Made by a program: the position numbers and the translations under genes. Positions 1 through 9,241 of a stretch of DNA of 15,493 nucleotides are shown in pieces (the first letter of the stretch is position 1; each line of letters opens with the position of its first letter). This DNA comes from Promethearchaeota archaeon (GTDB taxonomy: Archaea > Asgardarchaeota > Lokiarchaeia > Sigyniarchaeales > SOKP01), in assembly GCA_019057795.1 (NCBI GenBank), contig JAHLWS010000085.1, positions 1 through 15,493 of the forward strand. Direction: 5' to 3'. The notes under the pieces were generated by a model, which was given only the letters and a program-made list of their open reading frames with translations, had not been told where the DNA came from and did no database searches.

Positions 1-137
1 CTTCAGAATTTAACTTTATCATTGAAGGAAATTATCTTGTTATCAATAAAGATACTGTAAACGAATTTGTCGATGCTTTAGATGACCAATTTAGGGAGTG
101 GGAAAAAGTAAAGAAGGGTAAAGATAAAAAATTCTAA
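1..137 (+). CDS. 3' end of a hypothetical protein, truncated by the window edge
   Basis: Open frame from position 3: SEFNFIIEGNYLVINKDTVNEFVDALDDQFREWEKVKKGKDKKF, ending at TAA 135-137. Confidence 0.7.
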   Translation, partial: SEFNFIIEGNYLVINKDTVNEFVDALDDQFREWEKVKKGKDKKF

Positions 138-270
138 AGAATGTATTTACAATTTAAAGACATTAGAAGCGAATAAAAATTTATAGTACAGAAGACTTCC
201 TAAGGAAATTGCCAAAGACAACCTTAGAAAAATGGTTGTAGTCCATTTAAAGCTTATATTGAAAATTAAA

Positions 271-2580
271 TTATTCATGAATTAGTTTTTTTAATAAAAA
301 TAATGCTCCTGCTTTATCTAATGGATCATTGTTGCTTCCACATTTTGGAGACATTATGCACGCTGGGCACCCATTAGAGGATTTACAACTACAAGATTCA
401 ATTAATTTGAAAGAAAGATTTAATAATTCGGTTAAATTGAAATAAAGTTGTTCTGATATTCCAATACCTCCCCTATATGCATCATAAATGTATATTACGG
501 GTTGTTGTTTCACGGGGTCGAAATCAATAGAAACACCCCCCAAATCCCATCGAGAAATCTGGGCTAATGCTGGTGCCATAGCTATCATTGCATGTTCAAT
601 TGCGTGAATGGTACCACCTAAGTCGAAACCTTCCAGTTCTAATTCTTTTTGGAATTCGAAAGGGATCGTAAACCAAACTGCTTGAGACTCAAACTCAATA
701 ATAGGGATGTTTTCTAGCGGATGTCGCGAAATAATTTCCTGTGTTAGCGTATCTATAACTTTATAGGAATAGTACTCGTGCTCAACTTTTACTCTACCGT
801 AAAATTTCTCAATATCTTTATTGGAGCCTGCTTTCCCTTGAGCTTGCTTATCAAGTGGCGTTATTTCAGTGTGTTTAAGCGATTGAGTGTAAAACTCAAC
901 ATCAGCTCTTAAAATCCTTACAATTTTTTCTTCGAGATCTAGGTCTTCCACAACATAAGATTCAGCTTCATAGAGGTACACGGCTCCAGGATGTAAGTCC
1001 CGAAACACATAGCTCTCATCTTCAACTGTTAAAAGTTCATCTTTACCAGTTCTTCTGAGAATTACTTTATAGCTCCTGTTAGAAAGAGAGTTTAATCCAT
1101 ACTTCTCGTTAGGGTAAAATTCTCCCTTCCAATAGTATTTGTCTCCTCTTTTCATCAATAACTTATCTGAAATTAAATCTTCTATATAAGCTTTAAATAA
1201 TTCTTTTTCTTCTACTCCAAATTTTATATACTCATCAATATTTAGTGGAATCTCTTTAGCGGCGCAACAGAGGTGGTTCTTTATAATATATTTATTTTTT
1301 AACGTAATAAGAATTTCTTCTTGAATTTTTCCAAATAACTGATCCGGATTATGAACATAGAATAAATCCAAGGGGTTTTGCATAGGTATGAAGGTTGAAA
1401 TTGATAATTCAGAGCCCCTACCAGAACGGCCTATTTGCTGTTTAAAGCTAGAGAGCGTCCCAGGAAAACCAGAGCAAATAGTGGCATCCAGAGAGCCTAT
1501 GTCTATACCTAACTCGAGGGCATTTGTGGAGCTAATGCCTAAAATTTTTTTGTTCTTAAAGTTTTGTTCTATTTCTCTTCTTTTAGTTTTGCTAATGCCT
1601 GCCCTATAACTATATATCTTGTTTTTTAGCAAAGGTAAAGCTTTCCTTGCCCAGATCGCTTGTAATTCTGCCATCTTTCTTGAAAGAGTGAATGTTAAAG
1701 TTTGAATCCCGTTCTTATATTTTAAGTGTGTAGTAAATAAATTTTTGGTTTCTTGATGGGCAGATCTATACTTTCCTGAGACTTTATCGTAAGGCAAATC
1801 CCATAAAATAACTTGTTTAGCTCCTGATGGAGAATCATCCTTGTCAATAACAACGAACTCTTCGCCAATTAACTTTTCACAAAATTCTTTTGGTTTATTG
1901 ATTGTAGCACTTGACAATATCCAAATTGGTTTAACATCGAAAGTATCGAGAATACGTTTTAAGCGTCTCAATAGCAACGCATAATTAGAGCCAAAAATCC
2001 CTCTATATATATGAATTTCGTCAAGTATAATATATTTTAAGTTATTACATACCCTTCTCCATTTTTGCTTAAACCACGGTAGATAGAAATGCAATCCATA
2101 AGGGTTTGTGATTATTATATTGGCATTTGTTAATACTTGTCTTTTTTCATTTGGGGTGATATCACCATCGTAAACGCCAATTCTGTTTTGTTTTATATTT
2201 GTGTCTGCTAAAATCTTTTTTAAATTCATATACTGGTCTCTAGCTAATGCTTTTGTAGGGAAAATGTATAGCGCCGTGGATTTCTCGTTATTTAATAGAG
2301 AATCTAATACGGGCAAGTTGTAACACAAAGATTTTCCTGAAGCTGTAGAAGTCACAACGACGGTATTATTTCCTTTCCTAATAGAATTAATGGCATCTGC
2401 CTGGTGGCGCCATAACTTTATGTTGTTGTTATTTAACCATCGCTCTAATCTTTTCCTTAGTGGCTTGTCCAAATTCTCAAAACGAGCCCTCAATTCTGGA
2501 ATGTGTTCAATGTGAGATATTTGATCACAATAAAAATCTTGAGACTTGATAAACTTTAGAAAATCTTCAAAATCAACCAT
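271..2580 (-). CDS. SF2 DEAD/DEAH-box helicase with C-terminal DUF1998 (MrfA/YprA/SftH/Hrq1 family)
   Basis: Motif I TSTASGKS, Ia PTKALARDQ, II DEIH, III SAT, V STNALELGIDIG, VI QQIGRSGR. C-terminal HAIEHA, IYDAYRGGIG and Cys cluster CSC..GCPAC..SPKC. Confidence 0.95.
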   Translation of the reverse strand: MVDFEDFLKFIKSQDFYCDQISHIEHIPELRARFENLDKPLRKRLERWLNNNNIKLWRHQADAINSIRKGNNTVVVTSTASGKSLCYNLPVLDSLLNNEKSTALYIFPTKALARDQYMNLKKILADTNIKQNRIGVYDGDITPNEKRQVLTNANIIITNPYGLHFYLPWFKQKWRRVCNNLKYIILDEIHIYRGIFGSNYALLLRRLKRILDTFDVKPIWILSSATINKPKEFCEKLIGEEFVVIDKDDSPSGAKQVILWDLPYDKVSGKYRSAHQETKNLFTTHLKYKNGIQTLTFTLSRKMAELQAIWARKALPLLKNKIYSYRAGISKTKRREIEQNFKNKKILGISSTNALELGIDIGSLDATICSGFPGTLSSFKQQIGRSGRGSELSISTFIPMQNPLDLFYVHNPDQLFGKIQEEILITLKNKYIIKNHLCCAAKEIPLNIDEYIKFGVEEKELFKAYIEDLISDKLLMKRGDKYYWKGEFYPNEKYGLNSLSNRSYKVILRRTGKDELLTVEDESYVFRDLHPGAVYLYEAESYVVEDLDLEEKIVRILRADVEFYTQSLKHTEITPLDKQAQGKAGSNKDIEKFYGRVKVEHEYYSYKVIDTLTQEIISRHPLENIPIIEFESQAVWFTIPFEFQKELELEGFDLGGTIHAIEHAMIAMAPALAQISRWDLGGVSIDFDPVKQQPVIYIYDAYRGGIGISEQLYFNLTELLNLSFKLIESCSCKSSNGCPACIMSPKCGSNNDPLDKAGALFLLKKLIHE

Positions 2581-2867
2581 AGGTTAGTTCAAGAGAATTA
2601 ATGAAATATATTAATTAAAAATTTCAAAAGATAATTGGTTTTATAATTTATATGATATTAGATTAATTTTAAAATCCATGTCTATGTAAATAAAACAGTT
2701 TTTTTTTACCATAATCAAAGCAGGAAGCTACATCCTTTAGCTTTAGAGCGTGGATGAATGCTTATAAATTATTAAATTGATTAAGTTTTCATAAATATAT
2801 AGTACCTAATTAAAATAATCATAATGCTGTATCATCGAGAACCCCATAAAGTCTATTCGCTAATATA

Positions 2868-4058
2868 TTGAAAAACAACGGGGGAGAATTGCTCATAAAG
2901 TTTAATCAAGCGATCAAGATGCGAATTTATCCCACAGGAGTTCAAAAGGAGATGTTAAAAAAAACTTTTGGCTGCTGTCGTCTTTTATGGAATCAAATGT
3001 TAGCAGAACGCAACGGAGTATATCAACTGCTTAAAGAAAACTCAGAAGCTTTAAGAGAACACAAGTATAAAACGGAAAAAGAATACAAAATGGAATTCAA
3101 ATTCATGAAAGAGGTGGACAGTAAAGCGTTACAATCTACTACCCGACATCTATTAGAAGCATTCAACAATTTTTTTAAAGGTCTAAAGGAAACCCGAAAG
3201 GTGGGGTATCCCAAGTTTAAATCAAAGAGAAATAAGCAATCATACACTACATATAACATTAATGCAAATATTAAAATTGATTTTACTAATAAGCGAATTA
3301 AGCTCCCTAAGCTCAAGACATGGATCAAATATCGAGATGATAGGACCTTCGCTGAGCCGATTCGCCACGTAACCGTCTTGAAAACCAAAAGCGGAAAATA
3401 CTTCGTAGCGATTTTAATTGAAAAAGAACTTGATATTGCTCCAATGATCGAGCTTCGGGAAGATCGCATTGGTGCATTTGACATGTCTGCTTCCGAGTTC
3501 TTGGTAGGGGAAGGCGAGGATTTCTGCAATCCACGCTTTTATCGCTCTTCGGAAGCAAAACTTAAACGATTGCATCGTCAATTATCCCGTAAGAAAAAGG
3601 GTTCTCAAAATCGATGGAAAGCCAGACTACGCTTAGTCCGTTATTACGAAAAGATTTTAAATCAAAAACATGATTGGGTACATAAAACTACCTTTAACCT
3701 TGCTAAAAAATATGATGCTGTGATCTTAGAAAATCTCAACATTCAGGCGATGCAGCAATTTAATAGTGGGCTATCCAAATCCGTGTCTTTAGATTTTTCA
3801 TGGCATCAGTTTATAACGATATTGAAATACAAGCTCGAATGGCGGGGAAAATTTTATCAAGAAGTGGGTCGTTTCTTTCCCTCAAGTAAATTATGTTCAA
3901 CCTGTGGATATAAAAATAAGAGTTTAGAATTAGCAGAACGCGAATGGATCTGTCCCGAATGTAGTGTTCATCATCTACGGGATGAAAACACTTCAATTAA
4001 TCTCAAGAAGGAGGGCATTCGTCTCTTACAAGAAAAAGGAATCGTAATCATCACTTGA
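2868..4058 (+). CDS. tnpB: RNA-guided endonuclease TnpB (IS200/IS605 OrfB)
   Basis: N-terminal KMRIYPT..FGCCRLLWNQML (HTH_OrfB_IS605-like), GYPKFKSK, RuvC I (AFDM), RuvC II (ILENL), Zn ribbon CSTC..CPEC, RuvC III (RDENTSINL). The true start may be the in-frame TTG at 2889, after GGGGAG. Confidence 0.96.
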   Translation: MKNNGGELLIKFNQAIKMRIYPTGVQKEMLKKTFGCCRLLWNQMLAERNGVYQLLKENSEALREHKYKTEKEYKMEFKFMKEVDSKALQSTTRHLLEAFNNFFKGLKETRKVGYPKFKSKRNKQSYTTYNINANIKIDFTNKRIKLPKLKTWIKYRDDRTFAEPIRHVTVLKTKSGKYFVAILIEKELDIAPMIELREDRIGAFDMSASEFLVGEGEDFCNPRFYRSSEAKLKRLHRQLSRKKKGSQNRWKARLRLVRYYEKILNQKHDWVHKTTFNLAKKYDAVILENLNIQAMQQFNSGLSKSVSLDFSWHQFITILKYKLEWRGKFYQEVGRFFPSSKLCSTCGYKNKSLELAEREWICPECSVHHLRDENTSINLKKEGIRLLQEKGIVIIT

Positions 4059-4171
4059 TGTACCGTGGGAACCACGGGAAGTCACGCTTGTGGAGATCGT
4101 GTAAGACACCTTTTAGGGGTGCGGTGGTCGAGGAAGCAAGAATCCAGCCACTTTAGGGGCTGATAGTTCAA
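4055..4171 (+). ncRNA. TnpB omega-RNA (reRNA) scaffold at the element right end; the guide would be the flank starting at ~4172
   Basis: GC-rich structured island after the tnpB stop: CCGTGG-GAA-CCACGG (4063-4077), CACC-TTTTAG-GGGTG, and terminal CAGCC/GGCTG hairpin, then an abrupt return to AT-rich sequence after TTCAA. The 5' boundary is uncertain. Confidence 0.75.
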
Positions 4172-4249
4172 CTACTAAAATATAAAAATAATTATCCTTT
4201 ATTGTGATCAAAAGATTTCTGAATAAATGAATTATCTTTCATTTGAAAA

Positions 4250-5257
4250 ATGTCTGATTCTAATTGGGATAAAGTAGAATTTCAAGATTTTATAAATAAG
4301 TATAACAAGAAAATTATCGTTGATAACGCGCCTGTTATTTTATATACGAAGAAGGATAAGGAACACGAAGCGTTTGACTCGTTGATAGCATTTTTCTTTA
4401 TAACTGGAGGGTTGTTTATTTTTATTTCTCTATCAATAATTTTTAAGCTTATAGAGTTTAGTTTAGTTATATTTATCGCAGTAATCGTCGTCGCAACTAC
4501 CGTTGATATTGCTTTAATTATTATTTACCTCCGCTCTCATGTACAGATCAAACCTATAGAAAATTGGATGGAGGTTTATAAAGGAAGAACTCAAGGTGAT
4601 ATAGTTTTTTATTGTATTGCTTATTATCCCGTGTTTTCAGGAAAATGCCACCCAAATAGAGCAAAAAATGTTTTATACAAATTATTTCAAGAAGAACTTT
4701 TAAAAAGTAAGGTAGACATCACCCAAATTGAAGTTTATTTACGGTTTTACTTAAGCGATCCAGATAAATATGAATTAATTGGCTATTATCTCCAATATGC
4801 TGAAGGAACTCCATTCAAAAGCGAAAAGATTGATAGAAATTCATGGAAATTTTTCCCTTACGATAAAACTAAAGATGATAATTTTCTTGCGATTGCTAAT
4901 TGGGATCACCAATTTGAATGGCGAGACGATTTAGAATTAGATTATGACAAACTACATAATTACGCACCTTGGATTATCCAAAAGTGGGACAAATATAGCT
5001 TAAAACCCCTAACTCAGGCTTTTAAAAACGAAGTCAAATGGGATTTAAGAGGTATAGAATCTGTCCCTAAGTTAAAACCTTGGGAGCCTAACTTTGAAAC
5101 TACTACTTACGATAATTTTAGAGCATATAAAGATTTACAGCTAATGAACGATGCTATTGAAAGAGTTATTGGTAAGGATATAAAAATAGAAAAGTTAAAA
5201 GATATTAAGAAATATATATTAGAATTTAAAGCCTATATAAGAGATTTAGATTCATAG
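4250..5257 (+). CDS. Hypothetical membrane protein (2 N-terminal TM helices, Trp-rich soluble C-terminal domain)
   Basis: 335-aa ORF with two hydrophobic segments (about aa 45-95); no motif recognised. Confidence 0.85.
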   Translation: MSDSNWDKVEFQDFINKYNKKIIVDNAPVILYTKKDKEHEAFDSLIAFFFITGGLFIFISLSIIFKLIEFSLVIFIAVIVVATTVDIALIIIYLRSHVQIKPIENWMEVYKGRTQGDIVFYCIAYYPVFSGKCHPNRAKNVLYKLFQEELLKSKVDITQIEVYLRFYLSDPDKYELIGYYLQYAEGTPFKSEKIDRNSWKFFPYDKTKDDNFLAIANWDHQFEWRDDLELDYDKLHNYAPWIIQKWDKYSLKPLTQAFKNEVKWDLRGIESVPKLKPWEPNFETTTYDNFRAYKDLQLMNDAIERVIGKDIKIEKLKDIKKYILEFKAYIRDLDS

Positions 5258-5313
5258 TTATTTAGGTTAATAAATAAATTTATTATTTAATAATAAAATT
5301 AGAGGAAAATAAT

Positions 5314-6744
5314 ATGGAGTCTTTACAAACAATTAAAAAACTTAAAATCGAAACAAACAAAATCTTTTATGATAAAAAGACTGAGATTTTATCTATCTAC
5401 ATTTTTGATTTTATCTTTATTGGAAATTATAAAAAGACTACAAGGATTAGTAGAATTTTAGATGATATCTACAGATCGCTAGGAGATACACAGTTAAACC
5501 GAGAAGATGTTTCCTTCGTTGATTTCGTTACACTTACGCCTATATCTGAGAAAACTAAATTAAAAAATTTAAATTTAATCTCCAAAAAAGAGAAAGAAAA
5601 AAAAAAAGAAATAAAAGAAGAAGCTCCTCCTGCTAAGAAGGACGAAACAAGCGTTAAATACGGGAAAAAATTAGAAGATAAAGAATTAAGCAGAGATGTT
5701 GCAAAACAATTCCAAGTTGAGGAAAAAAAAAAGCGCTCGATGATTGCTCCCAAAGCTAAAAAGAAAGCTAGAGCAAAAGAAGCTGAAGAAGAGGATATGT
5801 TTTCAGAAGAATCTAAAGCATTTGAGGACGAATCAGAATTAGAAATGATAAAATCTGCCCCTGCTCCCCCACCGAAACTTTCACGGGCACCTTCATCTGC
5901 ACCACCTGGTGCTGGTGCACCGGTACCAGTTAGTGCACCTAAAGATCTTAGAGACGAATTAGGTGGACTTGGAGAAGCGCCCGAATCAGAATTACGCGCC
6001 CCACCTAGGAGGTTAGAAACAGCCCCAGCAGAGCCAAAACCAACAGTTTATGAAATTAATATGGGGCTTCAATATTATTCTGTTATGATGGAACAAACTA
6101 GCTATCTGTTTTACATTTATTTCTCTCATAAGGAATTGAAAATCATCAACGAGGAAGGAAAGACCGTTTTCGAAACTTCATTTAGAATAGAGACAACGAA
6201 AAAAGAACCGCCGATAGTGGATTTAAAAGTTGAGGGAGAGGGGTTTGAAGTCCACCCTTTACACGGTAAAGTAGAAATTAAAAAAAAAGCAATAAACCCT
6301 CCAGTAATGATCTTCTCGGTACTTCCCATAAAAAAGGAGAAAAGAACTAAAAAAGATAAAAAAGAAGGAGAAAGACGATATTTACACGTATATATCGAAT
6401 ACGAGAAAGAAACAATAAGTCATTCCGTATTATCGATAATCGTTCAACCAAAACATTTTCACGTAGATATTGGACCGTTGCATCTAGATATAAGTAAGAA
6501 AGCAGCAATGATAGTTTCTATTATTTCTGTAATAATCTCCTTAGGTTCTTTGATTTATACTGTTTTTTCTTTAGATCCCTCGTCAACTTTAGTTGATGTT
6601 ATGAGTAATTTTGCTCCGGGATTAGGTTCGATTATCTTTATAGGGATATTTCTTTTCACTCTTTTTAAAGAAGGACTATATCCACTTAAAGAGAAGGTTA
6701 GTTATTTCCTTAATTTCGACAAAACGGGGATGCTAATAAAATAG
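5314..6744 (+). CDS. Hypothetical membrane-anchored protein with Lys/Glu-rich and Pro/Ala-rich linkers, beta-rich domain and 2 C-terminal TM helices
   Basis: 476-aa ORF with RBS GAGGA upstream; low-complexity middle (APAPPPKLSRAPSSAPPGAGAP); hydrophobic segments near the C-terminus. Confidence 0.85.
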   Translation: MESLQTIKKLKIETNKIFYDKKTEILSIYIFDFIFIGNYKKTTRISRILDDIYRSLGDTQLNREDVSFVDFVTLTPISEKTKLKNLNLISKKEKEKKKEIKEEAPPAKKDETSVKYGKKLEDKELSRDVAKQFQVEEKKKRSMIAPKAKKKARAKEAEEEDMFSEESKAFEDESELEMIKSAPAPPPKLSRAPSSAPPGAGAPVPVSAPKDLRDELGGLGEAPESELRAPPRRLETAPAEPKPTVYEINMGLQYYSVMMEQTSYLFYIYFSHKELKIINEEGKTVFETSFRIETTKKEPPIVDLKVEGEGFEVHPLHGKVEIKKKAINPPVMIFSVLPIKKEKRTKKDKKEGERRYLHVYIEYEKETISHSVLSIIVQPKHFHVDIGPLHLDISKKAAMIVSIISVIISLGSLIYTVFSLDPSSTLVDVMSNFAPGLGSIIFIGIFLFTLFKEGLYPLKEKVSYFLNFDKTGMLIK

Positions 6745-6749
6745 TACAT

Positions 6750-7664
6750 CTATAACTTATTGATTTTTTTTATTTTTTTTTTAATATATTCCCAAAAATC
6801 TTTCTTTAACTCACTTAGTTCCTTTTCTCTTAATTTTATAAAATATAGAGGTCTTCTAACAATTTCGGGATAACCTTTAATCTCCAAAATCTTAATTAAA
6901 CCCGCTTTTTCAGCATTATCAGCCATGTATTCGCTCATTATGCTAATATAATTTGATTCGCTTACTGTTGAAATAATAGAATCGTTATCGTTTATTTCAA
7001 GTTTAATATTCAACTTATTATACTCTGAAAATTGGTGTTCAAAGGTGTCCCTCATTCCTGAACCTTTTTCGCGCCACACAAACGGATATTTAAGGAGATC
7101 AGCAAAATTTATTATATTCTTCCCGTTTTCTAATAGCTCATGGTTAGGAGAACAGATAAACTTAAATTCATCCTCTCCAATTTTGATGGAGTCAAAATCG
7201 TTTTCATTGTAGTTTATAAAACTACCAATACCTGCAAAATCTGCCAACCCTTTAGCTATGTTTTCAATTGATTCTTGTGAATTACTAATTTTAACTTTAA
7301 AATTTACGTTTGGATTCTTGTTTCTGAATTTCGCGATATATCTCGGTAAGATATGAGAGCCTGGAATCGTTGATGCTGAAATCACGATATCTTCAAATTT
7401 ATGTTTACTGTATTTTATTAATTCCTCTTCGCAAGAATCGTATAGCTTTATAATCTTTTGTGAGTAATCTAACAAAACTCTTCCAGCTTCAGTTAATTCA
7501 AACTTCTTGGTTGTCCTATCTATTAAAACTACTCCAAAATCTTTTTCCAATAGTGAAATTTGATGAGATAATGTACTTTGAGAAATTGGAATGTCTTTTA
7601 CTAATCCTGAGAAACTTTTATATTTAGTTAGTTTAACGAAGTTTCTTAGATATTCAATTTTCAT
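6750..7664 (-). CDS. LysR-family transcriptional regulator (CysL/YeiE-like, sulfur/selenium-associated type)
   Basis: N-terminal HTH SFS..ISQSTLSHQISLLEKDFGVVLIDRTT..LTEAG; substrate domain ASTIPGSHILP and WREKGSGMR; RBS GGTGA upstream. Confidence 0.93.
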   Translation of the reverse strand: MKIEYLRNFVKLTKYKSFSGLVKDIPISQSTLSHQISLLEKDFGVVLIDRTTKKFELTEAGRVLLDYSQKIIKLYDSCEEELIKYSKHKFEDIVISASTIPGSHILPRYIAKFRNKNPNVNFKVKISNSQESIENIAKGLADFAGIGSFINYNENDFDSIKIGEDEFKFICSPNHELLENGKNIINFADLLKYPFVWREKGSGMRDTFEHQFSEYNKLNIKLEINDNDSIISTVSESNYISIMSEYMADNAEKAGLIKILEIKGYPEIVRRPLYFIKLREKELSELKKDFWEYIKKKIKKINKL

Positions 7665-7690
7665 ACTTTCACCGCGCTTTTTTTTAATCT

Positions 7691-7780
7691 TTATTTAAGG
7701 AAATTACAAATATTTTATATTCTATAAAATGTCGTCCAAATTAATTAATTTATCGAAATTATAGATAAATTATTGCGAAA
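7691..7780. repeat. Copy 1 of a ~90-bp duplicated promoter segment (copy 2 at 8471-8560)
   Basis: Ungapped alignment at offset 780 gives 69/90 identities by manual count. Confidence 0.8.
7746..7772. promoter_or_regulatory. Putative LysR operator upstream of lysR
   Basis: Perfect inverted repeat TAATTTATC-N9-GATAAATTA containing the LysR T-N11-A core (T7753..A7765). Confidence 0.7.
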
Positions 7781-7787
7781 GATTTCT

Positions 7788-8414
7788 TTAAGAATCCAGT
7801 TTAGAGATAATGACTCGGATAATTCCAGTTGGGTCAAGGCTCCATTGATGGGTTGTTTCAAATCCAGCAATTTTAAGATTTTTTAAAGTATTCCTAGTAA
7901 TATGAAATCCTCGCCATTTGACCATAAATGGATCAAAAAACTTCATAAAAAAGTTAATGAATCTAAAATTACTTAATCCGTGCTCAATTTGAACTAAAAA
8001 TCCAGATGGTTTTAATATTTTTGCGATTTCGTGGAGCCCTTTTATTGGATCAGGAACCGAACAAAACACGCATGTAGATGTAACAAAATCATAAGTATGT
8101 GGTTTGAAGTGTTTATCCAGTTCCATTATATCTCCTACGACAATTTTTTTTACATGATGAAGTCTAAGTCTTCTGACTTTTGCCCTAGCTTGATTAACCA
8201 TTTGAGAACTCCAATCAAGAGCGGTCACATTAGTAGAAGGATGATAGTAAGAAAGATTTAAACCTGTTCCCACACCTAATTCTAGTATATTTCCTCGTAA
8301 TAAAGAGAAAACTTTCCTTCCTTTAGAAAAGAAACGCTCCATTGGAGAATTCATTGTATCGTAATAATTAGCTTGCTTATCATATACCCTTAAAGTTGGA
8401 TGTACTTTAGACAA
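7788..8414 (-). CDS. Class I SAM-dependent methyltransferase (Methyltransf_11; PmtA/METTL7-like)
   Basis: Motif I ILELGVGTG, post-I ALDWSSQM, GDIMEL, YDFVTSTCVFCSVPDP, ILKPSG..EH; RBS GAGGT upstream of the TTG start. Confidence 0.92.
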   Translation of the reverse strand: MSKVHPTLRVYDKQANYYDTMNSPMERFFSKGRKVFSLLRGNILELGVGTGLNLSYYHPSTNVTALDWSSQMVNQARAKVRRLRLHHVKKIVVGDIMELDKHFKPHTYDFVTSTCVFCSVPDPIKGLHEIAKILKPSGFLVQIEHGLSNFRFINFFMKFFDPFMVKWRGFHITRNTLKNLKIAGFETTHQWSLDPTGIIRVIISKLDS

Positions 8415-8470
8415 AGGTTGTACCTCTAAAAGGAATTATTTTCATATCTAAGATCAGTTAATTTTATTCC

Positions 8471-8560
8471 CTATTTAAAGAAATATCAAATATTTTATAA
8501 TAAATAAGACTACATCTAGTTAAATGAGTTTATCGAAATTATGAATAAATTATTACGAAA
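8471..8560. promoter_or_regulatory. Copy 2 of the duplicated promoter with an imperfect LysR box, between the divergent methyltransferase and dsrE-tusA
   Basis: TTTATCGAAATTATGAATAAATTATTACGAAA (8529-8560) versus TTTATCGAAATTATAGATAAATTATTGCGAAA (7749-7780). Confidence 0.7.
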
Positions 8561-8631
8561 AAATTAATAAATATTTTTTAATTTCCTATACTATAATTAA
8601 TCATCTTAACATAATTAAAAAGGAAACCTAC

Positions 8632-8991
8632 ATGACAGAAAAGAAAAAGACTTTTACGATTGTAATTGGAAGTGGTGCCTATACTTCTGAAAGACCTTAT
8701 ACCATGTTACGATTTGCCTATACCTCTTTATTAGAAGAACATAAAATCAATATCTTTTTAGTCGAAGATGGTATCTTTGTGGGCATGAAAAACCAAAACC
8801 CATCCACATATGATAATGTCGGGAAATGGATGGCTGATGTTATTGAAGAGGGGGCTAAAGTGTTAGCGTGCGGAGTGTGTATGAAAGCAAGGGGTTTACG
8901 TGACGAAGAATTAATGACAGGGATATCAAAAACAACAATGAAAGGGTTCGTTGATATGTGCGTGGAAGCAGATAACATTTTGTTCAGTTAA
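8632..8991 (+). CDS. DsrE/DsrF/TusD-like sulfur-relay protein
   Basis: 119 aa; GAYTSER, IFLVEDGI, ACGVCMKARG and terminal ADNILF are typical of the DsrE family. Confidence 0.9.
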   Translation: MTEKKKTFTIVIGSGAYTSERPYTMLRFAYTSLLEEHKINIFLVEDGIFVGMKNQNPSTYDNVGKWMADVIEEGAKVLACGVCMKARGLRDEELMTGISKTTMKGFVDMCVEADNILFS

Positions 8992-9013
8992 AACTAAATG
9001 GTGAATTATAGAA

Positions 9014-9241
9014 ATGAGCAATAATTACAAGCTAAAATTAGACGGGTTGGTCTGTCCATTACCAGTTGCCAGGACTAAAAAAAAATTAAATGAAATGCTA
9101 AGCGGAGAAATTTTGGAAGTTTCTGGAGATTTTGGTGAATCGGGCGAGAATATAAAGCGATATGTAGAAAACCATGGCGATACAGTTTTGGAGTTTAAGA
9201 TCGAAGGAGAAGATTATTACATAAAAATTGAGAAAGCGTAA
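9014..9241 (+). CDS. tusA: TusA/SirA-family sulfur carrier protein
   Basis: 75 aa; LDGLVCPLPV (CPxP motif), GEILEVSGD and C-terminal IKIEK; RBS GGTGA at 9000-9004. Confidence 0.9.
   Translation: MSNNYKLKLDGLVCPLPVARTKKKLNEMLSGEILEVSGDFGESGENIKRYVENHGDTVLEFKIEGEDYYIKIEKA

Larger units (their letters stand above)
2710..4171 (+). mobile_element. Non-autonomous IS200/IS605-family element (tnpB only, IS1341-like)
   Basis: tnpB is flanked by related subterminal hairpins. Left: AAGCAGGAAG..CATCC/GGATG (2718-2763), preceded by TTAC at 2706-2709. Right: AAGCAAGAAT-CCAGCC..GGCTG (to 4162), ending TCAA at 4168-4171. No tnpA present. Exact ends are inferred by analogy to IS608. Confidence 0.85.
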
